DNA of 63,322 nucleotides, counting the filler, from Platydemus manokwari (lineage: Eukaryota): the NCBI GenBank assembly GCA_037951405.1. It is 5 parts of 5 records of this genome, joined end to end, with 100 filler letters (N's around TTAATTAATTAA, not from the genome) between each part and the next. Parts side by side here need not be neighbours in the genome. Positions count along the whole stretch, not along the records: positions 25,428 to 36,441 come from JBBMOY010976639.1; positions 36,542 to 49,968 come from JBBMOY011733620.1; 3 more parts are not named here. One strand, given 5' to 3'. A program made the position numbers and the translations under genes. Under the pieces are notes generated by a model. The model saw only the letters and a program-made list of their open reading frames with translations, had not been told where the DNA came from and made no database searches. Shown here one piece after another: positions 26,401 to 39,833 of the stretch (position 1 is the stretch's first letter; each line of letters begins with the position of its first letter).

Positions 26401-28759
26401 ATTTTGAGTTTGGAAACAGTGCTACATTCTTATTTATATTATCCACAAAATCAGGTGAATTGAGAAATTTGTGCACCAATCTTAAGCAGTCGTCATGCTT
26501 TTGAATAATAAAAGTCATGCACACATATATGACAGTAATACATATCCCAGCGACTCAAAGTCGACATAACACTGATAGCATCTACGTTTAAGAGGGTCTT
26601 TCTCGTAAACGTGATCTTTCAAAAGGGGCAGATTAAGCCTAGCATAGAGTATAAAGAGCTAAGCAAAATAAGTAATTATAACGCTCCACCTCATTTATCT
26701 ATTCTAAATTTTCTGCTAATGATTCTGCTAAATAAGTTTAAATTCTTACTTTGAAGATACTTGCTTAAATAAGAATTTGTAACGTGAAGAACATGTGTCG
26801 CTTGACTCTGATATTTCTTCCAAATTTACTTACCTATGGCCAATAGTATGATTAATACGAATACATACACTATTCCTGTCGAGTTAAAAAATCAATATGA
26901 TTCAGTAATTGATTTTAAGTTATTGACAGAGCTAACTACTCGCAACCAATATATTATAATATTTGAGGTTCTTACAACGAACTGATTCAATAGTGGAGTT
27001 TAATCATCTCAGTACATCGCCGAGTGAGTCGAGCCAGTTAATAAAATTGAAAAGCTCTGAGAAAATAATCAATAGTTGTTGTATTATTTCTAGTGAAACA
27101 TTTTGTATAATTTTTATTGTAGCAAATTTTGAACATTATCTGACGAACCAATGTCAATTCATTTTTTATTTATTATGTTTAAAAAAACAATTATAAAATA
27201 ATAATCTATTAAACGATGCGGTTTTAGAAATTTTATAAAAAATAAATGATAGTGTTTCTTAAATTAAAAACTTGTTAAATGAATAGATAATAATTCTGAA
27301 AACAAATTAATGTAATAAATCGAATTTGGTAAACATTCGAATGAATTTAATGAATGCTTTCATTGAATTAAATAATATTAATATCAACTTTTGGTAAAAA
27401 GATAATAAACAATAATAACAATATTCTGAAACAATAAATACTCTGAACTAATAAAGGTTAATGTAACGATAACAACAATAAATGATTAATACATAAAATT
27501 AATTTCAGAGATTAAATGATGAAGAATTAAAGCTCGAACACCATGAGATGTAAAATAATATAAATTTGGGGAGAAATGACTTTAAAATGGTTCTTTTTTC
27601 GAAGCCGTTAGTGAAATGTTTATTATTTGGAAAAGCAAGAAATATATTAATCTCCTCATTCATTTCATGATTATATTACAGTAAGACTAAGGACTAAGTA
27701 AACCTTTCTTTGTTTAATCAACTGATCGATATTACAAGCCGTTGTATCTCTTATTATGGAGATCTTTCTCAAACATCTTAAAGGTGTTTGATTTTACTCG
27801 AAGAGGGCTGGCGTTTATTATTCATCCAGGAATTATTAGGGTTCATCATAAGATTTAATGTCCAAGATGGATTAAAATCATCTTGTAAAGTTTTTTAATT
27901 ATTTTATTTAGTTGCCAATTTAGTTGCCTTGGTTACCGAGCAAATTGTGATTATTTAACATTGCCCATTAAGGTAAGATTGATAGATAAGATATTATTAG
28001 CACACTTATGCTTTTAACAATAAAGTTGTCTGATGTTTAAAATAAGATAATAAAAAGCTTTCATTACATCTGTAATCTGAATAAAGAACTTATTGAGACT
28101 TATTAGGAAATTGATATCAAACAGGAAAAAATTAATATTAAGAAAGTTATGAACTTGATAGTAACATTTGGTGCCTAAGTGAGGATCAAATTGATTAAAA
28201 ATTGTAAAACCAATAAATAGTTAAATTAAAAAACATTTGTAGTTAATTCTGGTGATTATTAACTCTAAGCCGTAATTGAAGAGGTAAAAATAATTGAATA
28301 AAAACAAATTAACGGGAAAATTCTATTTAATGAAAATTGGATAAAAGTCTACAAGAATTAATACTGAAAGCAAGAGTGATAGAAACCGCCTGTGGATTTA
28401 ATTATTCAGTAAATTATAAAATTGGAACTAAAAGCAGTCTACTTTGATGAGAGAAAGTAAGAGCAAGAAAATATGATAATTTTGTAAAGCATATGTGTGA
28501 GTATTTTACAAGAATTCTATGTATTTGATAAATATTTTATTAAACCAACATTGGGTTTAATGATAATTTTTAAAAATGATAAAAACTAAGAAAAGATAAT
28601 TAAATCTTTCTAGGAAATTATTTTTAAAAAGAAGCAAAATTTATATAAAAATTGTTCTATTTGTTGGAATTAAATAAAAGTTAAGAAAATTGTAGTAATG
28701 ACTTCTTTTGTTTCAAGCGAAGTAGCCGCTACTAACACTAGTGTTCCATCGATTATTCG

Positions 28760-29990
28760 GATATTAATTTGAATTAAATTTTTTCCATTATTATGTATAT
28801 TAAGCTTCCAGCTGAGCAGCGTACTCTTTCCTTTTTGAATATATCTTCAGATAACATGATTTTATCTTGGAGCTGCATAATTGCCACATTTGGTTTACTA
28901 ATCTCGTTTCTGTTTGTGAATTGCATGACCTCATCAATTTTTTCTTTCATTATTAACGGTCTATATTAATTTTGATTTTTTTGTGTTCTTTACATTTTGC
29001 ATTCAAATAAACCATTTTAAGTTCTATGATTTCCACAAAGCGGATAGTTATATTGACCAATTTAATTTTCAACAATTCGAAATAGTTACAGCACTGCCAT
29101 CTCTTTCAGATGATTGTATATTGTTTCAACTGTTTTATTGGTGTTACATGCGCCATCTGCACGAGGGTCATTGTTCTTTTTCTGTGTACGTTGTGTTTCT
29201 TTACTCATCTGTTCCTCTTTCTCATTTTGTTCTTCAATGTTCACATAAAGCATTTGCCTTCTTCTCGTTTCTTCAAGCTCTTTTATCAATTTTTCTGTTA
29301 ACGTATGTAATCATCTTGATAATTTCTCGCGTGTTTTTCATAAATTTCATGGTTTCATTGATCAAGTTGAATTACTCGGAGTTCTGGGATTAAAATGACG
29401 TTTGTTGAAATTTTCACGAAATCATTCTGGATTGTCGCTGAAGAGGATGATCTTGTATTTTCCATGTTATTTGAAGTAAATTTGACGACAATGAGTAGTA
29501 TCTTTTCTTGGTGACCTGCTGTGATAAAGGTTCTCTGATGAACGACAATTTATGCTTCAATTAAGCCGCCCTTGTACTGCAAGTCATACCTGGGAGTCCT
29601 TTCGTAGTAATGAATAGCTCTGAGATACTATTTCTTTGAATATTCCATATATTCTATTGAGATCCTCAAAGGATAGTTTACATTACACTATTACGCTTCG
29701 TATATGTGATCTACGTATTCTTCATATTGTTTTGTTTTCCAGGTGAAATTCAAACTCGGGATTATATCTTTAACCTTCATATTTCTTTCTGTTTTGAGGC
29801 GCACGCGTGTCCCTTCTAGAAATTTCTGTTATCCATATCTTCATCAGCCAATCTTTATAGGAAGGAAATTTGGTAAAGGCTAAATTGTTATAATGCTCAC
29901 TATTGGAAGCTAGGCAGATAGAACTTTTGTATAGTCTGTGGAATGTATAGCATAATTTCTTTGGTATTTCGATAGCAATCATATTCTAAA
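28760..29990 (-). mobile_element. Decayed repeat-derived coding remnant (unclassified)
   Basis: Purine-rich minus strand with stop-interrupted ORF fragments and no intron structure; no diagnostic motif. Confidence 0.25.
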
Positions 29991-31137
29991 ATAACGGTAA
30001 TATTAATCGTTGTTATTATCAAGTCTCAACTCAACTTAATTAGGTGATGGTCCTAACCGAAACTTCATTATTCACTTCCGGTCATTTTATAGTTTTAAAT
30101 AATTTGACACTTATTTGTGACAGCCTAATGTAGCGACAATTATTTTTATTATATTTTGTATCTTTCTTTGTAACTCAATCATTTGTCAGCTTCCGAGGTT
30201 CCTGCTTTATAATTGACTGTAAAACAGAATGCCAAGATAATAAAAGTAAATTTGACATAAAATGATCACATAAAATCAAAATAGTGCAATACATTACATA
30301 AAATGTTACATTTACATGAATTTAATCTTTCTTAATCTCATGTTCTTTGTATCATTGCCCGTTTCGACAACTGTCGATAAACATGGTCACATGACGATTT
30401 GACACTTAATCCTGATATAATAAACATTGGCGGCACAAAACAGAACATTAATACATGTACTACATTAAAAACTTTGACTATAAATTGTAAATTATTATAA
30501 GCAGTACTAATGCAAATATATTAAGTCCTGAATCAACCTAACTGAAAATGTCAAATTTGAAACGGTTTAAAAACTCGACCTTAAACATTTCATATTGTCT
30601 GAATTTCGAAGTATTTCAACTCTTTTTTGCTTCATTAGGCTTCATTCATCAAATCTTAGCATTATTATAAAGTTGTAATAAAATAATTTCAACCAGTCTT
30701 TTGTAAATATTTTATTCCGAACATTATATGCATCATATAAGTCACATTATTAGACTTTCTTAAGAAAAACATTTAAAATTATATTAAACTATATTATTTT
30801 GATTTTAATTTAGTTAAAAATTAAGTAAATAATAATTCCTAATCTGTTGTCATAAACTTGATAAGTATTAGAATTGAAAAATCTATAAAATATTATATGA
30901 AAATATATCAAATATATATTAACCGTTAGATATTCAATAATAAATTCAATCATAACTTTCAATAAATGTTTTGGATATAGAAATTTTATAGTACAAATAC
31001 TACGAATTCTCTAGCAATATATCTGAATTATTAATTAAATAAAGTTCCACTAAATGCAAAGAAAAAGAAAGTGGAGGTCTATCAATCCGTTTAACGATTT
31101 AAATTTACCTTAACAAAATATAATCTATGGTTTGATA

Positions 31138-33507
31138 ATGGAACGTGATACTTGTATGCTATTTCAAGACATGTGTTATGTTCATTCTAGAACATCACCT
31201 TCATATGTTAATAAACCTTGTGACAATGATCAAAGCAAACACTGCATTAATCATGAAAGCAGATCTTTACGAACAGATTTCCGAAGAAAAAATATCTGTT
31301 TACCAACCGCAGTTCTTTCTGATAATGTCATTCAGTCAAAAACGATAAGTATTCTTAATTCCAAATTGATCAACAATAATTTTAAAACCAAAAATATGAT
31401 AATTCCAATGAAAAATTCATTTATAGATTTAGCATATGATTTCAGGGATCATGAATATATAAAATTCAAAGATAAAACATTGAATGTAGCATCAGATCAA
31501 AGAAATAGAGCTATTTTGACAAAGTTATCAATATTTTTGGAAAATAGATGTAACAATATCCGCTTGAAATCGGATAAAAGCGGCTCAACTTTCCAACAAA
31601 AACCTATTTCGAATTTAATTATAATTGATAAAGATAAAAGAATGAGATCAGGAATAATGGAATGCGAGAATGTTTTTAAAATAGAAACATGTCACAATAA
31701 AATATCTTATAATTGGAAAAATTTTAGAAGACTCAGTGTTCCTGCTTGCACTTGTTATTTACACAATACTTATAAAACTGTTGATGCACGATTAAAGGAT
31801 ATAAATAAAACTGTATTACCAGAATGTTGTAATAAAAAACAATATGTTTTAAGAATATTCTCTAAATATGATTCTAATGCAAATTTGGTCACGTTTGCTG
31901 ATTCAAGATCTTTGACAACGAATAAAACAAATTTTGATGTCAACATATTTTTACATAATATTTTAGTTTTCATTCTCAAAATGTCTAGTAATGTTCCAAT
32001 AAATTTAAAATTGATACCAAAAGGTCAACATTTAAAAACATTTGATAATAAAAAATATGATTTGGAATTCAATTCGAAAGGTCAAAAGATTATTAAAGAA
32101 AGTATCAAAAAAAATAATTTACAAACCTCAACCGAAAAAAAATCCCAGGAATTTATCTATGGGTTTGATGGCCGATCACCTGTTTTAAGATTACAATCCA
32201 ATCCCCGAAACGGTTCTAGAGTACCATTACAAAAAGAAATTGTTTTGAGATTTTTACCTGTTAATAAACCTCAGAATTCTATTGAGGTCATTATGAATGA
32301 TGAGTCTAATGAAATCCAACATCGTGATAAAAAATCAAGAAAAAAAGATAATAAAAAAGAATTCAAAAACAAAAGAAAACGATTGGTAAAATTTGAAATA
32401 TTTGATCAGAATACAAAATTAGATTCCAAAATAAAATCCGAAGTAGTAAATGATGAAAAATCGAAACTAAGATCTAAATTTATTCAATCTGATAAAAACC
32501 TACGTATAAAATCTTCCTATGAAAGGAAAACAAAGAATATCTCATCAAAGAAAAAAGGAAATTCTAATGTTCCAGCTACTAATAAATCAACATTAACCAC
32601 AGGAACGATTAATAAAAAAGAAATTCATGCATTATCTAATAATAAAGAATTAAGTGTAAAATTACAATTAAATGATGATTTAGCTAGTAAAGGTATTAAA
32701 GATCGAAGTGATTCGGTTATGAGCTTCAAAATATTCTCGGCAAACAAAACTCCAAGAACTATTTTATTGTCCACAAATTTTGCTCAAGATTTGAAATTTA
32801 TTGAGCCTAGTAAAATTAATGGAATTCATAATGATAATATAAATATAAATGTTTTGTCCAGTGAAAACTCTTATTCCACATCAGTATTTCCTATAACTGG
32901 TGTTATGACAGAAAGAGTGAGTTTTCAAAACAATGAAGATGTATCAGAGACTAGTCCTAAAAAAAGTTTAATATTAAGAATATCTCAAAATAAAAGTAGT
33001 TTTTATTCACAAAATGAAGGAGTTTTCAAAAAAATTTCAACTTTGCTACCAAATATCAATTCTCTGCAAAACATTCTCGTACACCAAGCATCTCCAGTAG
33101 ATTCCCATGGATCCAAATTACATTTATCCATTCCACAGGCAAATTCAAAATTGTTTAGTACGCCGAATTCAAATTTAGTACTGGACTCAGAAAATCAAGA
33201 AAAATTGTTTTCATTATTCAGTTCATCAGAAACTTTTAGAACTCCATTTTATCGAGGAAGTTATGAGATAAATTTTACTACGGGAGAAATAAGTTATAAT
33301 TCTAGACCAAGTAATGCATCTAGGAGAGGACTAACAACCACAGAATACTTGACTCCAGTTTGTCAGGGAAGTTATGAGATAAATCTTACAACTGGTGAAA
33401 TAAGCTGTAGTACCCAAAGAGTCCGTGATACTCAAGAAACTTTTGCCGCTCTTCCATCAGGCTTATTATCTTTATCTAGTTTTCCTAGATATAACAGCAA
33501 ATATTAA
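31138..33507 (+). CDS. Uncharacterised single-exon 789-aa Lys/Ser/Asn-rich protein with a C-terminal duplicated motif
   Basis: 2.37-kb stop-free ORF in AT-rich DNA (first ATG 31138). Basic low-complexity centre and two copies of TPxxxGSYEINxTTGEIS spaced 111 nt apart. No family recognised. Confidence 0.75.
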   Translation: MERDTCMLFQDMCYVHSRTSPSYVNKPCDNDQSKHCINHESRSLRTDFRRKNICLPTAVLSDNVIQSKTISILNSKLINNNFKTKNMIIPMKNSFIDLAYDFRDHEYIKFKDKTLNVASDQRNRAILTKLSIFLENRCNNIRLKSDKSGSTFQQKPISNLIIIDKDKRMRSGIMECENVFKIETCHNKISYNWKNFRRLSVPACTCYLHNTYKTVDARLKDINKTVLPECCNKKQYVLRIFSKYDSNANLVTFADSRSLTTNKTNFDVNIFLHNILVFILKMSSNVPINLKLIPKGQHLKTFDNKKYDLEFNSKGQKIIKESIKKNNLQTSTEKKSQEFIYGFDGRSPVLRLQSNPRNGSRVPLQKEIVLRFLPVNKPQNSIEVIMNDESNEIQHRDKKSRKKDNKKEFKNKRKRLVKFEIFDQNTKLDSKIKSEVVNDEKSKLRSKFIQSDKNLRIKSSYERKTKNISSKKKGNSNVPATNKSTLTTGTINKKEIHALSNNKELSVKLQLNDDLASKGIKDRSDSVMSFKIFSANKTPRTILLSTNFAQDLKFIEPSKINGIHNDNININVLSSENSYSTSVFPITGVMTERVSFQNNEDVSETSPKKSLILRISQNKSSFYSQNEGVFKKISTLLPNINSLQNILVHQASPVDSHGSKLHLSIPQANSKLFSTPNSNLVLDSENQEKLFSLFSSSETFRTPFYRGSYEINFTTGEISYNSRPSNASRRGLTTTEYLTPVCQGSYEINLTTGEISCSTQRVRDTQETFAALPSGLLSLSSFPRYNSKY

Positions 33508-34199
33508 TGAATATTGAAAGTTGGAAATTGCCTTCTTTGGTCATTGAAAATAAAGTTCATTTCATAAATCAAAGCTCAAGAAGTATCAAATATAAGTCAT
33601 CGCAACACATTTTGTATAACAATGCATTTAATGATATACAAAATAGGATACAAAACTGTTTTATTCGAAAACAAGATAGTTAGACATCAATATTTAAAAT
33701 TTAAAAGCAAGTTCTGATTAAAACTCCACTGGGTATAATGCTATCCCGGAACAATAGTTATAGTGAAAATATACTTGCATTAATTATTTTGAAAATGAAA
33801 TGATATATTAAAATTCTGATCACCATTTTGAAATAAAAAAACAGCTACAAATTTAAAAAGTTATAATATTCTATTCAATAATACAAAATTGAATTATTTT
33901 TATTAGATCTGTTTTTGGTAATGATTATTAAATTTTAATTTGTAAATTGATTTACAACTTCGTCATTTTAAAATTAGTAATTAAATTATCCTCTAAAAAT
34001 TTAAGATCAAATTTAAATGTACCTTGATAAAATATATCGGTAATGCCATTTTAATAACAATATTGTAAGTAATAATCTATAATTCGTTAGGGTAATCAAA
34101 GTTGAAAAGTCAGGTCAAAATTGGCTTAAGTCTAACTGGGACCTATTGAGTCAATCCAAAGTCAATTTACCATCATAAACTATGTCATAATAATGCATA

Positions 34200-36441
34200 C
34201 TAAATATAGAATAAGGTATTGATAGTTCGTGTAATTGTTTTTCAACCTATTTTCTTAATTTCTTCCCCTTGTCACATCCGTGGAACTGATGGCTTTTCAT
34301 CATTCTTTTGTTATTTATTCCATAATAGTATTATACAAATTGATATTGGCCGAAGTAGTAGTATTATGGTCCATATTCGACACAGAAATATATTCTTTGT
34401 TTTATATCTGTTATATACACATATTTCTCCTTTATTTCTTGTTCCTATAGTCCAGTGGATCTAGCCATGGCTTCTAATATTCGCTGTATTACTTCCTCAG
34501 TATTTATGACTTGACTTTCTTCTCCGAATTCTCTTACTTCCTCCATCTCCACACTAGTGAATTTCTTCAACACTTCATCTCAACTGTTTAATTCATCTTC
34601 TCTAATATGGAGTGGAGTAATAAGGTCATCGTATTCCATTCCTTGATTTTCGGTGTCTACTATCTGGATAATATTTATGTTTTTCCACTTGTATTACTTT
34701 AGATATCACACAATCGTTCCCTTTTGTTATATCTGACCATAATTCATCTATGTATGGTATATCTCTTTCTTTTATGATTGTCCATTCATTACATCTTATT
34801 GGTTTTTACTCTTGTATTGTTTGCAGCCATGCATTCTTGTCCCATCCATGTAATACAAGATTATCATCTATCTGTGTCGACCATTGATTGGACTAACTTT
34901 TTTGTCTCTGTTATCTAGTGTTCTTTAGCTGTTCGTCTCCACAATTGCATACAAGTTATGTAAAGTTGTGATAGAAGGTCGTACGGATTTCGATCGTGAG
35001 TTAATTCTATTCCTTTGCACATTAACTTTAAATGGATCATTTTCTCCTCAAATGACCATTCTCCAGAAGTCCATTTTTTTCAGTGCCTTTGTCGTTAAAA
35101 ACATTGCTACCTCCATATGTATTTCTTTTTCTTCTCCTGCTTTATCATTTACTGTTACAATTTTCAGTTTTGCTGTTGGTGGCCGAAATTGTTCCCAATT
35201 CATCTGATCTAATGGATCTGATATCTCATTGTCATTATTACTAAATCAGTCAATGTCTGCGCTAGACCTATATCTATTAAATATTCATCGTCACATATAA
35301 TCTTTTTTTACACGTCATTGTAAAACCTTTGTGTTTTAATTTCAATTTATCTAATTCATTTTTAATCCAACTTCTAAAGTGTGCCCCTTTAACTCTCACA
35401 TGAAAATTAAAGCTATTTTTCATCATTCATTGATCCGTACTAATATATTGATATATAACTGTTATTGTTAATGGTTTATGACATAATATATATACTCTGA
35501 TGAATTTCTTCATTATTCTCTTCACTATTTTTGGTAAAGGTTTCATTATACTATCGTAGCATAACTAATGTTTTACCTCAGTTATGTAATCAAATATCTC
35601 TTGAATTTCAGTTCGTGCTCTCTTGGACTCATAACTTGTTTTGTTTCCGCCGCTCTCAACCCTTCGTATTCTGAGGGGTGTTCCTTATTTTGTGATTCGA
35701 CTATCAGACCTTCGTTAACTGAATAGTGTTCATCATCCGCTACTTTGTTGATCATATTTATATATTTAATTTATTTTAATCGACCATTATCCGTTCTCAT
35801 ATCTTCAATTTCCATTTGTAAAGCTGCTAACTGTTTCTAGCCTCGGTTTTATGTTTCGATCATTTTAATTTTATTTTGCTGTCACGTTTCACTACTCAAC
35901 CTTTGATCATCATTTATTTGTCGTGGACATGTCCTTGCTTGATTTCCACAGTCTTAACAGTTATAACGCTGTATATTTCCATCTTTGTTCATTTTATCCC
36001 TTGAAAATCCTGGGCTATTTTCTTTATTTCTCTGATTGAATCCCTGATTCTGAACTCCACCTGTTTAAGCTTCTCGTTTTATATAGAAACTATTCATATC
36101 ATTATTCCATGTATTTGGATCTTCGTTGCTCAATTGTCTTCTATTGTTTCTGTTTCCATTGTTCCATTGACTTTGATAATTTCCATTATAAACCCTAATC
36201 CAATTATTTTCATTGTAACGGCTTCCAAGACTTTCTTCTTCAGTTTCCAGGACTGCCTCTCCTGTTATATCTATTCCAATTGTTATTTCAATTATTATTC
36301 CCTGTAATTATTATTATTATCAATTTGATTCATTTGTGATTCATCTTTTTGTCTTCATTTCGAAATTGTTTGAACATCTTTTTCATATTTTGCATTCCAT
36401 TATTCTAATATCAAAATTTTTCTAATCCTCTGCCGTAATAT
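34200..36441 (-). mobile_element. Decayed retroelement-like region (unclassified)
   Basis: Strong purine bias on the minus strand with fragmented coding-like frames. No confirmed motif. Confidence 0.3.
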
Positions 36442-36541
36442 NNNNNNNNNNNNNNNNNNNNNNNNNNNNNNNNNNNNNNNNNNNNTTAATTAATTAANNN
36501 NNNNNNNNNNNNNNNNNNNNNNNNNNNNNNNNNNNNNNNNN
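36442..36541. other. Assembly spacer
   Basis: N44-TTAATTAATTAA-N44. Confidence 0.97.
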
Positions 36542-37749
36542 TCTTTATCTCCCATCCGACACCGGATTCCTGTTAATCGCTGAGGCGAGGTACGGGATAT
36601 TAGCTCAATTTTTGTTATACCGTTTAAAATCATTTGTAACAATTAATTTAGTTAAATAAATCTTTGATATACCATCGAGTTGTTATTTATCATAAAGCAC
36701 AACCGTGATTATCAGTATTAACATTATTCTGTTTTAGACCCAGAGAATAATCGGATCTCTGTGCTTCAGTCTAATATGATAAAATCATCTGCCGACATCT
36801 TGGTCTTCAATACCAGGTGTTGAAGCCCCCATAAGAACCAGTGTCTTTAGGTTAAAGCGTTAAATTATCAATTAATCCAAAATCATCTAATTTCATAAAA
36901 TACCACCACCCATACCATGTCTTATTACATATGGAAGGTATCAATAAAGTTATTTAGAATAGTTTTGGGCAAATTTATTTAAAATTTATTATAACTTGCA
37001 AATATAGTGACGGTAAACAATAATGATCGATTTAATTTGAAAACTAAACTGTCTTCAAGTATCACAAATATTTTAGAAATCTAAACCAAGCTAGTTAGAG
37101 GTTTAACTGGAATGATTGTGTAATAAATATACACTCCTAAATTAAAATAGAAACCGAGTGGATGCTCATTAATTTATTTACACCAATTAAATTACACCAA
37201 TTATCAATGTAAAAAATTATTCCATCTATGCTGATATATATTGCGGTAATCCCAAATTATTCAACTCATCAACTTTCAATGAAATCAATCAGACCACAAT
37301 TTAGCTTTAAATGAATCAAGTCGGGAAATTCCACGGTGGCTGTTTAGTTAAAGAGAATTTTATTAAGCTATCTTACAGCAAAATTAATATTTTAAAAGTA
37401 ACAGCCATGGTAAAGTATATTAAAAACCAGTTCCGAATCACAGAATAATTAAACATGCAATCACGAGGCTCTCTATCGCTATGGTTCAGACCAACTTTTT
37501 AACCATTTCAGTTTCGTCTCATTTTGAAACTGAATTTCCACTTGACGCTCTGACCTGAATCCTTTAATTTCACAAAGGCCTTTGTACTGGTAACCACTTT
37601 TAGATCTTCTCTTGGAATACTTTCTCCCAATTTTGAATTCTCTGTGTCCACTTTTTCACGTTATCCATTGTATACATCTTCTTAGGCGCTCATTCGGAAT
37701 TTGTTCGCATTATCCCCTAACAATGTATTTCGATACATAGTTGCAACCA

Positions 37750-38090
37750 CATTCAGGGTGGAGATTAACCTTCTGTCTAAAAACGACTTTTTAAGGAGAG
37801 ATCTTTGTCAAATTTTGCAAAGTAAAATTCATTGAAAATTCAATTATAGTAGAAGTTCAATCCAGTTATACTCAATGCATGGCTCATTTGGTGACGAGAC
37901 TATCATATCTCTCACTATTCAAATGACTTGTTCTATCACTCCGTTTGATTTGTGCTTATAAGGCGAACTAAGCTCCTGACAAAAATTAAATTTAGCAAAT
38001 ACTTTTATCATAAATTGATCATCAAAATATTTATTTTTCTCTGTAAAAATGCTTTTTGATTTCTCGAAACAATAAATCAATGGTTGTCTA
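37750..38090 (-). mobile_element. Ty3/Gypsy integrase remnant
   Basis: FEKSKSIFTEKNKYFDDQFMIKVFAKFNFCQELSSPYKHKSNGVIEQVI*IVRDMI...NWIELL matches the rve core (SPYHPQSNGxxER); in-frame stops. Confidence 0.78.
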
Positions 38091-39323
38091 AAAAATTATG
38101 CTTTCATTTATAAGCTCACCAAACTATGATAAAAAGTAAGTAACTTTAGTTTAGCTTAAGGTTGCTCATCTAGATAATATCGAATATGATTGAGCATTGG
38201 GAGCAGCACCCGAATGATTAAGCAGCGACAGAAATAACAACTACAAAAGATTAATCATTAGAATTAGACAGATATAAAATGGCCGCGAGTTTAAACTCAT
38301 TTTAAAGACTTGTTGAGTATGTTTGCCTGTTATTGTGTAGCTCTACTTTTTAATTCTTTGAAACGGGCAACATACTAGTTTATTAGTAGATTGTCTTCTA
38401 ATTCTTGTGCTATTAGCTTATCTTTGGTATTTTTTTCTCTGTTCATTTCAATTATTATTATCAGCGCTTCTTATTGATTAGACCTCACTGACAAATGTAA
38501 GCAACAACTTGATACTGGGTTTTTTTTTATCACCAATCTTATGCATTATCATTCTTCATTACCATTGTTTTGACTTCAAACTTCGTCAGGGATAATAAAA
38601 TTTGCCAATCTCGCCCTTGATTAAGGCTACAGAGCATATAAATTGATCTCCTTGTTCATGCATCAGTCATTTGATCTATAAAATAACCACCCTCACCACA
38701 ACATAAACAATGTTCGTGTTGAAATCTATGATCTTTTGTCTTACCATTCGGACAAACAGCATCTTTCATCGTATATTTTCCTGGTAATGTACATAATTGA
38801 TTAGTTCTCGTCCTTGTTGCGGTTTCTCTTCAACCATTACTGGTCTTAAATCAGCGAATCTTGTTCTGTGTGCCTTGAAATTCTTGCACTTTCACAATTC
38901 CGCTGATCAAAATTATTTCTTGCAACTTTAGAAATAACATGCATTCTTTATCACATTTATATTTGCAACAACCGCTTCATCCTGAGTTACTTCTCTGGAT
39001 ATTGAATGTGGTGAATAACTCTGCATATATTCTTATACAGAAACTTAAATCATCGAATAAAACGTCGTCAAAATTTTGTTTTTAAATTTATTACTGTAAA
39101 TTTTGAGAATGACTTTTTCGTTACGAGTATTTTTTCTTTTATAATTCTATTTATTATTTTATTTTATTTTTTCATCTAGCAAATTAAAAATACGAAAATA
39201 TGAACCGTGATAGAGGTGTTAATGTTAATAATAACTAAAAATAAAATAATTAAAAAAATATTCTGCCATAATATATTGTAAAAATAAATATCTGGGGAGG
39301 AGTGCAGTTAAAAACGTGTCAGG

Positions 39324-39379
39324 AATTTGATCTTAAATCAATCTTATATTTATATGTAAGATTGATTTAAGATCAAATT
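39324..39379. repeat. Near-perfect inverted repeat (hairpin) upstream of Tra2
   Basis: AATTTGATCTTAAATCAATCTTA-tatttatatg-TAAGATTGATTTAAGATCAAATT: 23-bp perfect arms, 10-nt spacer. Confidence 0.9.
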
Positions 39380-39833
39380 AAACTAACGAAAAACTTTATT
39401 TTGTCATTGATAAGCTACATTGTATTATTTAAGCCAATCTTTTTTATAGTTTTTTATAGTATTTGTTAGACTACAAAGAATTTTTTTATTTAAAGAGTTT
39501 TACCAATATCAACTAAAGTCAAGTATTAATCATAGTATATTTTTTAATTTAATCTTAATAATTTAATTAAATAGTTAAAGAATTTCACATTTAAAAAAAT
39601 AAAAACAGGTACAGTTGCTCAAAATCATGTTTTATTTCCCTAATTTTCCGTAATGTTACTTTATTAATTTTTAGCAATTTTTTTAGAATTTATACGGATA
39701 CATGAATCCTTTTTTGTACTTAATTTAATTTAATTTTGAAAATATTATTATAATATTCAATAAATATTTAATTTTGTTTGTTAAATGCGACATAAACATA
39801 AAATTAAATATATAATTTTGTATTAACCGCAGT

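Noticed and set aside
27923-27936. RFX X-box-like motif GTTGCCTTGGTTAC (weaker ones at about 19271 and 45645)
   Set aside because: No supported downstream gene; short motifs arise by chance.
30073-30395. ETS-like CACTTCCGG and E-box-like GGTCACATGAC upstream of the 789-aa ORF
   Set aside because: Short motifs 750-1050 bp from the ATG with no TSS evidence.
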